Shown: piece after piece, positions 23,258-34,700 of the stretch | Numbering within the stretch: position 1 is the stretch's first letter | How the letters are laid out: every line of letters begins with the position of its first letter | Assembly (NCBI RefSeq): GCF_038025025.1 | Contig: NW_027117342.1 | Location: 124,001 to 188,000, forward strand | Source: Phyllosticta citribraziliensis | Lineage: Eukaryota | DNA length: 64,000 nt | Direction: 5' to 3' | Position numbers and translations under genes: made by a program | The notes under the pieces: generated by a model | Seen by the model: the letters and a program-made list of their open reading frames with translations, nothing else | Told to the model about the DNA's origin: nothing | Databases searched by the model: none

Positions 23258-23864
23258 TCAGCACTTCCAACAGCGGCTGCCAGCCATTTGTCGACGGGGA
23301 GCCGTGAAAGGAGGGCTGTCGAGATAACGTAGAAGGACAAGATTAAGGCCGCCGGCGACTACCCACATGGCCAAGGTCTTGAACGAGATGGACCCGGCAA
23401 AAGAGCTGATCACGATGGCCATCGCGCGCGCGCTGCTGAGTTGTGGCATCTTTACATCCTTCTTCATGCACAGCTCCCAAATCATGCACCCGTTCTCCAT
23501 CGCAGGCATGCGCGGTCCGTCGCAGCCGTATTCAAAGTAGTCCGCGGAGCACTTGATCTTCTTGGCCAGCGCGTCGATTGCGACTTGGAATTCTGCCAGC
23601 TTGATGTCGTCTCTAACGGCCCTGCAGAGGCAGAAGGCCGTGGCGACGAAGCATGCTAGCTGGAGAAAGCTGATGATGATTGACGCGTAGAAGGCCAGTA
23701 TCCATGGAAGTTCTGGATCTGCTTTGGCGTACGACGAAAGCCCGCGTCGAGCCGAGTCTTGCAGCTGCTCTTGCCGTGCAGTATGGACTTGGTGTTGATC
23801 TAGCACGCGTTCATTATCTGTTCGCTGGTAATGATGCGATGCACTTACTGGTGTTCAAAGGCAT
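23258..23864 (-). CDS. Short, divergent Brr6/Brl1-family nuclear-envelope protein (four-cysteine lumenal domain between two hydrophobic segments)
   Basis: IIISFLQL..(TM)..AVRDDI...KIKCSADYFEYGCDGPRMPAMENGCMIWELCMKKD...ARAMAIVISSFAGSISFKTL matches the Brr6/Brl1 pattern YLQ..D..C...Y..N.C...R.PA....C..WE.CM..D...A...A....F...IS.KT. Tentative 16-nt first exon at 23864-23849 with a GTAAGT...TAG intron at 23848-23800. Confidence 0.75.
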
Positions 23865-24699
23865 TTGGGCTCAGGGTAGCAGACTAGAATTGAAGAGGTG
23901 GTTTCATGGAATGTAGCGAGTGAGAATGGTCTACCGTGGGATCTTGATATATGAATGCTTGGTCGCAGCGCAAAGAGTAATGGTTTGCTGTCCCATTCAC
24001 CAATCGGGATTCGCTTCTATTCCTCTCTCTTGTTTGAGCTCAACACACCAGAGCGTCTTGGAAAACTCGCGCGTCTTCCGGAGTCCAGCAGCGTCTAGAT
24101 ACAAACGGATACCGCCATTCCCGTCGAAGCAATCGAAGGCTTACATCGCTCCCTGACACTATTTCGACGTGAATTCGGAGTGGTCAAGCACCATTCAAAA
24201 AGAACCAACTAGAGCTCTCTCTCTCTGTCAGCGTTGCCCACTCACACCACTAATTCAAGCAGTCTGAGCTGGCTGTTTCGACGCATCTCCACATTAAGGC
24301 AAACACCGACGCAAACGCGCTTGTCTATTTGTTGCTCTAACGGACTATGGGTCGGCCCCGGTAAAGATTTCTGGAGCTCCTTTCCTAGGAGAAGCTTGCG
24401 GTATCGCGCCATCTGGGATTCTCGGTCAGCAAAGCACAAAGTACCCCATCCAGTGTACGACTGAGGACTTGAGCCAGATTTAACATGATTCAATCTAGGC
24501 TGACGGGCGTGATGGTGGCCTAGATGGCAAGATCGGCGGGAGTCTTGACGGGACTGCGGGCCAAAGTTGAGGAGCGCGAAGACGAGTTGGTGCGCGACCT
24601 CTTGGACGAGTGGGCCGGTCGCGACGGGCGCGGCGTGTCCTTGTCGGATTCGAAGGTGCTTGTTGTTGGGCGCTTTGTTGGCGTACTGGGCGGTGGCAC

Positions 24700-26961
24700 T
24701 CACATGGGGCAGTGGCAGCGCTTGCGAGGGAGGGTGGGCGACGACAATGACGACGATGAGGAGGGACGGCTACTTCGTAAAACTTGCCTTGCCTCCAGTT
24801 CCTTTTGCTGCCTGACTTTTCGAGCCTCTTGCTCGGCTTGCTGTCGACTGACCATTGGCCGAAATATGTGATCGTCGTAAATGTCCATCCAGGCGCGCTG
24901 CATAGCATTTTGGGCATCCAAGTCGAGCGGTTTTGAGCGGTAAATACCTAGCCTAGTGTCTGACGGCGAAGAAGAAGCGGGAAATGAATGTGTCTTATTT
25001 TGCTGGTCCCTCTGGTCTGCGTCTGCATCCAATGGCGCCAACAGTGACCAAGGGTAGAGAGGGTTCTCTTGCAAATAGGGGACCGAAATATTGCTGAGCT
25101 CGTTTTCCATGACGCCCACCATCTGGAGTTCGTACATCCGACAACGTAGCGAGAAACCTTTGGATCTCTTTTGCAGCTTCGCCTTGAGATTGCCTCGCTT
25201 TTCGACAGTCGGGGACGCGTTGAGATCTTCCGACGTTCCAGTCCAAAAGGAAATGTCAAGCCAATGGGGCATGGCATAGCTCCACTTCCCAGGCTCAGGC
25301 TCAGGCTCGGACATGGACTGGGCGAGGAATGCTTGGTATTTGCCAGGAGAGGCTGACAGAGATCCCGGTGTCCGCTGTCTACTGGCCCTGTGCGGCCCAA
25401 AGTTAGGAAACGTCTGGCGCGGCGTGTCGTCTTCTTCCACAACAGCTTCGTCTCTGGATCCGGACGCCGTGTGCCTCTGAAGTCTCGTCACGGAATCAGT
25501 CGCCAAGCGAGGATTTCGATATTTAAATAGCGGAACGGAGTGCAGAGGCATAGGCTGCAGGCAAACGAGGTCGATGCCGATGCCGCTGCCCATCAAAACG
25601 TCTGTCGTGAGTTTGAGCATGTTGTAGTCGACTTCGAAGAGCCCGGTTCCGGGTGTGATGACGATGACCGAGATACCCGTTCGGACGAGGTCGCGGTCGA
25701 TGTGGTCTTTGGAGTATTGCCTAACGGCGAGGTTGATGGCCTCCAAAACGTTTCCTTTTTCAGCGGTGCGAGGAGTTCCGGCGATGATGGTCTCAGGATG
25801 GATCTGCTCTTCTGAATCGTTGACGTCGCCCGGTGTTCTTGTCGATTCGAAGAAGGGCATGATGGAAACATCCCTCAAGAACGCCCTGAATTCCTTCTTG
25901 AGCTGGTAAAGAATGTGGACCCAGTCGCCGCTGGCCATTTCGCTCACTACGACGCGATAGAAGTCGCGCGTCGCCCTGCCGTCTCGAGCTTCGGGGTCAA
26001 ACGGCAGTCCATTTGCTTCGCTGTTGTCTGGCAGGAAGCCTCTGTCGTACTGCATGCGAGTGAAAAGGATAATGGAGACGAGGTGCTTCACGTCGAGCCT
26101 TTTCCAACGCTTGAACAGGTCTGGGAGGAAGCCGTTGATGACCTTGTTGAACATGATTTCTCCAGAGCCCTCGGTGTCGAAATTCCACATTTCCTTGGAC
26201 ATTTGGATGAAGAGAACGAATCTGGCAGACTCGCTGCGGAATACCGGCTTGGTCGTTGTTGAAAAGTAGGCGGAATGCGTGGTCTTGCCGTTGACGAAAA
26301 CATTCTTAACCGTGCCCTTGATTGTTCCCATGAACAGCAGCTTTTGGCCCTTGTACATAGTCTTTCCGCTCAGCTCAGAAATGGCGAACCTCCACATGTC
26401 GGCCCGGGAGAGATACTCGTCACGAAAGCTGATTTCAATATGTGACGCTGAGTACAAGTCATCTTCGGCTGCGGACAAGACGACCTGCATGCGATTGCGG
26501 AATCCAAAGTTGCGGGCAATGTGGTCCGAAATTGAAACTTGCAGATTTGGGTACTTGGTCTTGAGATCCTGGCTCACGGGCTTGGCGATGAAGACGTACG
26601 TCTTTTGCGCGTCGATTTCTCTGCCGCCTTGTACCCGGTGGCCATTCTCGTCGAGCGTCACCATGAAGGCTCCATTGCGATTCTTTTGCGAGCCAAGTGT
26701 GGAAGAGGCGTGGCGCGTCGTCTCCAGCTTGATTCGGCGTCCTCCATCTTGCGAAGAAGAGCGTGGAATCTCTTGAAAATCGCGAACGGCGGTGTTTTGG
26801 CTCAAGGCCACGATCTTGACCAAAGTTCCGGGGGTAATGGACAATTCCGGGAAGCGGTCAAGGTTTATCACGACGTCTTCGCGGGAGAACTGTGTGTCAT
26901 GTGTCCACAGCGTGCAGACTTTCTGCATCTTGGGAGATGCCAAATTTGCCGACTTGGACAT
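24700..26961 (-). CDS. IML1: Iml1/Sea1/DEPDC5 (GATOR1/SEACIT subunit), N-terminal ~750 aa only; appears 3'-truncated
   Basis: Motifs SHIEISFRDEYLSRADMWR, FRSESARFVLFIQMSKEMWNFD..G..MFNKVINGFLPDLFKRW, DFYRVVV, GNVLEAINLA, DRDLVRTGISVIVITPGTG and GIGIDLVCL..MPLHSVPLFKY. No DEP or C-terminal domain coding sequence is visible downstream. Confidence 0.88.
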   Translation of the reverse strand: MSKSANLASPKMQKVCTLWTHDTQFSREDVVINLDRFPELSITPGTLVKIVALSQNTAVRDFQEIPRSSSQDGGRRIKLETTRHASSTLGSQKNRNGAFMVTLDENGHRVQGGREIDAQKTYVFIAKPVSQDLKTKYPNLQVSISDHIARNFGFRNRMQVVLSAAEDDLYSASHIEISFRDEYLSRADMWRFAISELSGKTMYKGQKLLFMGTIKGTVKNVFVNGKTTHSAYFSTTTKPVFRSESARFVLFIQMSKEMWNFDTEGSGEIMFNKVINGFLPDLFKRWKRLDVKHLVSIILFTRMQYDRGFLPDNSEANGLPFDPEARDGRATRDFYRVVVSEMASGDWVHILYQLKKEFRAFLRDVSIMPFFESTRTPGDVNDSEEQIHPETIIAGTPRTAEKGNVLEAINLAVRQYSKDHIDRDLVRTGISVIVITPGTGLFEVDYNMLKLTTDVLMGSGIGIDLVCLQPMPLHSVPLFKYRNPRLATDSVTRLQRHTASGSRDEAVVEEDDTPRQTFPNFGPHRASRQRTPGSLSASPGKYQAFLAQSMSEPEPEPGKWSYAMPHWLDISFWTGTSEDLNASPTVEKRGNLKAKLQKRSKGFSLRCRMYELQMVGVMENELSNISVPYLQENPLYPWSLLAPLDADADQRDQQNKTHSFPASSSPSDTRLGIYRSKPLDLDAQNAMQRAWMDIYDDHIFRPMVSRQQAEQEARKVRQQKELEARQVLRSSRPSSSSSLSSPTLPRKRCHCPM

Positions 26962-27973
26962 GTTGAATTGAGAGCGGGGACGCGGGGAGAGTCTTCCGGA
27001 ATGTCATGGTACGCGCGGGTTGTCAGTCGGGTCAGGATGAATTCAAAAAGAGACGCATCAGAGGGCCGGTCGCCAGTTCATCTCGGAGATGTAGTCATGG
27101 AAAGCCGATTCTTGAGATTCTGGCAATTTTCAGTGCGCAACAGTCAATGATTCGCTGGCCATGGGTGATGTTGAGTTCGGAGGGCAGGCGTTTGGCGGTC
27201 GCCGGTCTCACGCCCGCCGCGGCGGCCGAGGCGACGGGACGCACGGGCCGCATTACATCACGTGTCAGGGAGGGACTGAGGTGACCTTGCGGAGCGGAAG
27301 ATTGTTTTCACGACTAAACATCAATCCTCCCGGTCGGTCCCTCTCATCTCGACTCTGCCTAGAGGATGACTTCATTGTACATTCGAAGAAAAGCGTCTTC
27401 CGCAGAGAATGTCTCGCCCTGTGGAAAACTCTCCCTTGATCTGGGATCCCTGGCCAGCCGACCGAATGACCCTCGATTGCAACTCTCCGAACCTAATTCA
27501 AACCCTGCATGACACGAAGACAAGCGACGCCGTCTCTTCAGACATCAAACCCGTCCATGCGTCATAGCGTCAAGCATCGCTACGGTACGCTCGAGCGCCG
27601 CCATCCACGAGCGCTAATTCCTAACTCCGCCGTCCACGTCGAGTTGCCGAATCTGGTGATGGACTGGCAGACTGGTCCATGCCGAGCATCTAGATGCAGC
27701 ATCCAACGGTCGCAGATCGACGGCATGAGTCGAGAGCTTAACAGAACCGTGCTTGAAATACAGCAGGTTCTTCGAGTTTCCCGGGCACAGGAGCTTATCT
27801 CCGGTTAATCCCGTCTCGCAACGTGCTGGCAACACCTTGGATCAACAGACGGTCGCGTTGACGGCGTGGTATAAGTATTTGCTGGACTCGTTGGAAAATC
27901 CATCGCCGCATTATCTACTTTCTCTGTTGCACCTTCTCTCGTCTACTCTGTCGAAACGCGAAACCCGTCCATC

Positions 27974-29121
27974 ATGGCGTCAAACAACAGCAGCAGCAAC
28001 GATTCGGTCCCGACATCGCTGGCCACGAGCATCGCCTCTACTAAGGTCGTCTACAAGCAACTCGGGAGCAGCGGACTGCGCGTTTCTGTGCCCATCCTCG
28101 GCGCCATGTCCATTGGCCACAAGGCATGGCAGCCGTGGGTCGTTGACTCGGAGGACGCCGTGTATCGCCTCCTTGGCGGTGCGTACGACCGCGGACTCAA
28201 CACTTGGGACACAGCCAATGTCTACTCCAACGGCGAAAGCGAGGTGCTCATCGGCCGCGCACTCAAAGCCCTCAAGATTCCCCGCCACAAGGTCGTCCTG
28301 TTGAGCAAGTGTTTCGGCTACGTCGGCGAGTCGCCGGACATCAGTCAGATGCGCTATCCGCTGATGAAAACCACCCGCGATTATGTCAATCAGGGCGGCT
28401 TGAGCAGAACGGCAATTTTCAACGCAGTTGACGCGAGTCTGAGGCGCCTCCAGACCGACTACTTGGATCTGTTGCAGATACATCGCTTCGATCCGACAGT
28501 GCCGATTGAAGAGACTATGGAGGCGCTGCACGACTTGGTCAAGAGTGGCAAGGTGCGCTACATTGGAGCCAGCTCCATGTGGGCGTATCAATTCGCGCAG
28601 ATGCAATTTTGCGCCGAAAAGAGAGGTTGGACCAAGTTTGTCAGTATGCAGAATCACTACAGCTTGTGTTATCGGTACGTGTATTCCCCGGTTGATCTTT
28701 CGCTCGAGACTGACGCCTCAGCAGGGAAGAGGAGCGCGAAATGAACAAATTTTGCGCCGAAACTGGCGTCGGCCTCATCCCCTGGGCGCCATTGTACCGC
28801 GGCCACTTGGCTCGGCCCCTCGATCAGGGTAACACGTTGCGCGCTCTCGAGACTATCCGCAGCGGCTTTTGGAAAGACATGACTGGTGCCGATCCAGAGA
28901 TCGTGACGCGAGTGCAAGAGCTGGCAGAACGCAAGGGCTGGAAAATGTCGCAGGTTGCTCTCGCGTGGGTGATTCAGAAGGGCACAATTCCGATTGTTGG
29001 CTTCAGCAGCTTGGAGCGCATCGAGGAAGCTGTCGCTGTCACTGGTAAAGAGCTGACAGACGATGAGATGCGTTGGTTGGAAGAGCCGTATGTGCCTAAG
29101 GCGATTTTGGGACATTTTTAA
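27974..29121 (+). CDS. Aldo-keto reductase (aryl-alcohol dehydrogenase-like)
   Basis: [57 protein letters not shown]. Intron 28675-28724 restores [12 protein letters not shown]. Confidence 0.95.
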
Positions 29122-29436
29122 ACAAACAAGATGTTGGATCGCACTGGCGTGGGCGCAACCAGCGGAGATGAAGGGGCATTCAAGGCCGGCGGCATGGCTC
29201 GACGTGCCGCCGCCGTACAGGGACAGAGATCATGAAGCATTCAAAACGGCAGGTCGCTGATGTAGGGGTTTCTGTCTTTGCGGACTCCCACGCCGCACTT
29301 GAGGCAAATCTTAAATAGCAAGTGCTGAGTAGTATCTGTTTGCTGATAGGAATGTAATTGTTGGTCGAGAATTGTGTCTTTAGACTAATGTGATTGTTTC
29401 CATCTCTTTTCCTTGCATGGCTTTTTGGAGAGAGTG

Positions 29437-30822
29437 TTAGAAAGATCTCAATGAACTAACCCGCACTATACCCACTCTTTCGAAAACGCGTTGGTCCTTT
29501 TTGTGGCGAAGGACTAGGAAGTAGTCATCATAGTACGTGTCAGTTTCAGGTTCCTCCCTAAAAGTCAACAAACAGTGGACAGAATGATCTGAACAATGCT
29601 GTTGGAATAGGAAATCTGGATGAAAAGTGGAGCTACACAGATCTGGGCAGATATCACCATTACAACATTCTCCGCAGTATGACCTGTCCCAGAACACGTG
29701 CTTTTTGGGCGGGAGGCCTTTTCGTTCGCGGCCTGGATCTGGGTCCAAGTTGTCGAATTTAAATCTGGTATTGTCTCGATGTTGAGCCCGGTCTGGATTT
29801 AATTCTACAGAGAACAGATACCCTCGGATAGTGAGAGTGCCGGATTTGATTTGCAGGAAGTTGTCACCATCTTCTGGTTCCGGTTGTATCGAGACGTCGT
29901 CGATTAGTGCCATCCTTTGGCTTTTGTCGGGGCAAAACCAAGGGAAAAATTTGATTGGCACGTTCTGCATGCAGGCCCAGGACCGACTGGGGGCAATACC
30001 AGTATCACGTTTCAAATTCGGTTGCTCATCATTCCAGTCGACGGACGAGGGGAGCCAAAAAGGATCCTCAAATAGAGAATCCTTCCATAGCCCCGCCAAG
30101 TAGTCATGAACGTCGATCACCCGCGTCGGCAGACATGGCTGGCTCCATTGTTGGTTGCAGCAGTTTCGATGGTTTACGAGACAGTAGTTCAGCTGGTCTT
30201 TGGCCCATTTTAGGCTTGTTTCTGACGAGTTTGCTCGAGGCAGATGCTGAGTCGGCCCAATTACTGGCCAGGGGCTTGGTTCACTGGGCACAGTGAAGAT
30301 TTCAATGGCGGCGAGGTGATGCCCTCTTTGCTTGAGACATAAGAGCAAGCTCTCATTGACTGGTTCTCCAGGTATCATTGCATGTCGTTCGACACCCTCA
30401 AAATCACCGTCGAAAATATCTGTCGAGTCAAAAAGATATTCGGGGATGCAGCGTTCAAAACAGTGCAGAAGGATGGGACAGATCTCGCATATTCCGTTCT
30501 TGCGCGCAGCTGACTCTCAAAGGTCTTTGATTCCCACATTTCCTAGGGGAAATTCCTGCAGACTTAAGCATGTCTGGCAGCGATGGATTGCAAATTCTCT
30601 CGATTGACACTCTGGACACTGGTAGTCCTGTTTGTATTCGTCGTGGCCTCGTGAAACAGTCTGAGGGCATTCCGGAATCTCTTCGCCAGGTTCGAATGCC
30701 GTGATGAAGAAGGAGAGCTCCGAATTGTGCATGGCTGAAGCAGTGGCATTGAGTTTCATTTTCCGGACGGAGGTGGCCCGGGGCGAATGGAGCGCCACAA
30801 AGGTGCTCAAACGGAGCAGCAT
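29437..30822 (-). pseudogene. HET-family gene with an in-frame stop and the HET domain missing
   Basis: Pre-HET motifs (DL*ESAARKNGICEIC, IEIFTV...SPWPVIG, CLVNHRNC, LPTRVIDV) are joined directly to post-HET motifs (YLAGLW, GTLTIRG, FLVLR....VFERVGI). In-frame TGA at 30517-30519. Confidence 0.8.
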
Positions 30823-31784
30823 CGAGAGAAGAACGAAGTGGGCTCAGCAAGCGGCTGAGTTGTGACCGTCAAAAGACTTCGGAGGGTATCAAGGTGGCGC
30901 AAAGTATTTGAATGGTCCCAAAAAACTCGATGCGTAGACGCCTCGCCTTATGATTGCTTTCAGTTGCGTCGTCAGAGCTGCACAGAGATAAGCAAAGCAG
31001 CCCAATTCTGAAGCTTCCGTGGTGGCGTTGTGTGACACAACGCTCTCTATCCGGTCAGCCTGATCGAGAGAAGCCGAATGTCCGATCTTCAAAGTTCATC
31101 GCATCGCCGTCGTGAATATGCCTGCAGCCCATCTGGGAGGGACGTGGATCGACTTGAGATGCGAATGGGAGCCACATCGACCCTCCATCGTTCAGCTTCA
31201 GATCCCGATGAAGCCCCGAGAGCTCAAAAACAAGTGGGGGCCCTGGCTGGATTCATGCGCATGGTCAGCAGAAGCCGTGTGGCGCAATGCAGAGTGTCGA
31301 ATGCAGTGGTTGGTTGCCTGAAGCGGCCTGCAATGGTGGCTTGATCGAGCAAACCGCGGAAGAGAGCCGCGGCTCGATTATTTCCGTGTCATGTCAACGT
31401 CGAGGGGTTTGGTTTCACAGCTGCGTGGTGGTGGTTGTGGTGGAAGTCGTAGTAGTGGAAGTTCGCCGGTGCCGTGAGCCCTCCGATGCACGGCCCACGA
31501 CCTTCCGTCTTGAACCGTCACCACTCAAAAGTTCAGAGCAAAAACAGACGGGCAGAAAAGATTCAGAGAGCCACCGATTGATTAATGCCCAGGCGAACGG
31601 AAAAAGCATAGCAAATGCACCATCCTTCCAATCCCGCCCTTTTCGTCCATCCAGCCGTCCATCCGTCCGTCCATGCATCCTGCCTTCCACCTACACCCCG
31701 AAAAAGATCAAAAACGTCCCAAACGCCCTATAGTACATGCAGAGTCGGAAGAGCAGCAGCAACGTCCAAAGGCTACGTGCCACA

Positions 31785-34700
31785 TCAATGACCGTTGACA
31801 GCAACCTGGCCGTTGACGCCATTGACGCCGTTGACAGCAGCGTGGCCGTTGACACCGTTGGTCTTGGCCTCGGCGAGGTCGCCGAAGCTCTGCTGGCGGT
31901 TAAGCTGGAGCCAGCGGAGCAGGTAGTCGGGGCGCTTCTTCTGCTGGACGTCGGCAAACTGCCACTCAGCAGGAGTGACAAAGGTGCCGAAGGGGTCGCT
32001 GGCGCTCGGGGGCGAGGTGCTCCACTTGTCGACGCGGGCGTCAAAGTTGGCAACGCCAGGGTGCTCGTCGGCGAACTCGTCGACGGTGCGGGCCACCAAG
32101 TCACCGATGCCATAGATGTCGCCGTCACCGTCGTTGCCCCAGCCGCCCTGGCGCGCGTAGATGCGCTTGATGAGCTCCAGCTGCTGCAGCGCGACCTGGC
32201 CAGCCACGTCCTCGGCGATGGCGTCTTCCGAGTCGTCGTCCAGCTCGGCACGGAGGATCTCTTCGTGCAGCGCCAACGCGTCGGCGTGTTGACCGGCCGA
32301 GACGTACAGCGACGAGAGCAGGTTGCACAGCTCGATCGTGACCGTGTCGAGGAGACCCCAAGTGCGACGCAAGTTGTAGCACATGGACTCGCACAGCGCA
32401 ATGGCTGCGTCCTGCTTGTTGCGCACGTACAGGACCTCCACGAGGCGGCGACCGACGGAAATGACCGTCGTGGCGGACCACGAGGCCTGGAGTTGGCGAG
32501 AGTTCCAAAGCTGGGTGAGGAGCCACTGGAGATTGTCAGTATTGAAAGCAAGTTATGGCGAGGGCAGGGAAGACGTACCTCGAGATCCTCGTAGTTCTTC
32601 TGCTCGCCCATGAGGCGGACCAAGTTGTTAAGCTCGGTGGCCTGCAGCTGAACGAGATCAATGTCGAGGCTTTTGCAAGCCGTAAGCGTCTCGCGGAGGA
32701 CAGCCTTGCTCAGCTCAATCATCTTGCTCTGCAGCTTGAAGTCGCTCGTCTTCTTGACACCAAGACCGGCCAGGTACAGCGACAACTTGAAGCTGCTGGG
32801 AATGTTCTTGGGGTTCTTGAAGCCCTGGCGGGAAGAGGTGAACTGGTAGGTGACGAGCGCAATCTCGTAGGCCTGAGCAAACTGCTCGGCCTCAAGCAAA
32901 GCATTGACCCTGCCGGTGCCAGCGGAAATGGCCACGAGGGCGAGGTCGTCGTGGGTGCGCAGCTTGGACAGCTCCTCGACAAGGGCAATGAAGAAGGTGC
33001 GTGTGACCTGGCTCTGGGTCTTGATGTTGGCGCCAAACTGCTCCATGAAGAGTGCAAACAGCTTCTCCTCGAGGGCCAGCGTCTGCTCAGAGTGACGTTG
33101 GTCCGCCTTCAGGAAGGTGTAGAGGCGAGCACCGTTGAAAATCTTGGCCTCGACGCTGACGTCCTTGGCCTGGAGCGAAAGGTGGTAGCGGTCGTACAGA
33201 ATGCCCTCGGTGACGAGGTCAGTCATGATGTCGGAGAAGGTAGGCCTCTTGGTGACGTCGGCGACGTCGGCGGCGAGGAGGGCTTCCTCGAAGGCAGCGA
33301 CGAACACCAGAGCGCGGCGATCGACGGCCTGGGGAATCTTGACCTGAACCTTGGCGGCGGCAGCAGCATCCTTGGAGATGATTTGGAAGCGCAGGTCCTT
33401 GAGCAGAGTCCACGCTTGAGCAGAAAAGTTGCAGGAGAGGTAAGTCTTTGCGAGCGAGGTACCCGACTCATGCAGCTTGGTCGAGTCGACCTTGTTGCCA
33501 GCCGAAATGATTTCGACGGCGGTCGTCTGGAGCTGCTGCTGGGCCTGGGCACGCACCTCGGGCTTCTCAGACTTGGCCCACACCGAGACGAGCGAAGCAA
33601 GGCTGGCGAGCGTCGACTTGTGGGCGACGCCGTGCTCCTTCTTGCTCGTCTCGAGCTGCTCCCTCCACAGACGCTCAGCCCTCTCGGTTGACTCAGCCGT
33701 GGGGGCACCCGTTGCAGTCTGGCTGGAGTAGAGAGCGGCAAGGTGGCTCTTTGCCGTGGCCAGAATGCTGAGCTGCGCCGGAGTCGGCTTCTGGTCCTTG
33801 GGGAGCTCAGCAGACTTGGCAACAACCTCTTCGCAAATCTTGACAGCCTCTTGCTGTTGCTCGGGCTTGTCGCTCTTGCGCCAGACCTCGGCAAGCTTGA
33901 GGTTAGCCGTGGTGGTGATTTGGGCGTTGGGGCCGTAGACGGTCCTGCAAGTATCGCGGTACTGCTGCGCAACCTGGCTGATCGTAGTCGTGTCGACGCG
34001 GAGGTACGTCTCGAGGACGGTCGTGTAGCGCTTATGAATGGCCTGGACCAGCTCGGGCGACATTTGGTACTCCTTGGCCTTCTTCTGGAAAGTGACCCAG
34101 ACCGTCGAGTAGACGGTGCGAGCCTCTTGCCAGCGCTTCTGCTCGTAGTAAATCTTGGAAAGAGCAATGGCAGCGCGCAGTCCCTCTTGGCTGAGGACGC
34201 CGCTGTTGTCCTTCTCGGCCTTGGTGATTTCGAGGTAGTAGCGGTCAGCACCCTTGAGGCGGTACTTCATGCACAAGTCACCCATGGTGTAGAGCGTCTT
34301 GAGCGTGAGTGGGTTGCGAGCACCGAGGGTGGTACGGTAGCTCTCGAGCAGCTGCTGGTAGATGAACAGGGCCTTGTTGTACTGCTTGGTGCGAATATGG
34401 AACTCAATCAAGTCGTTCGCAGACTCGGCAACAAGCTCGTCTTGGATGCGCAGGCTGGAACGAGCCGACTGGAAGACTTGGACGTAAATCTTCTCAGCCT
34501 GCTCGGTCTGGTTGCACTCGGCGTAGCAAAGAGCAAGACGGCGGGCCAACTTGATGGACTCGTCAGTGTATTCCTTGGGGAAGCCGTACTTGCCCTCGAC
34601 ACCAATCGTGGGCCAGATCTGGCGGAGTGTCTTGAAGACAACATCAATGGCCTCGGACCAGCGCTTCTTGTTGATGTAGAAGGTCGACAGGGTCTCGCAA

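Noticed and set aside
1..24700. Starship or other giant transposon call for the accessory region
   Set aside because: No tyrosine recombinase (DUF3435), DDE transposase, reverse transcriptase or Helitron Rep/helicase motif was recognised in the window. A TTAC near the IML1 break is only a 4-mer and expected by chance.
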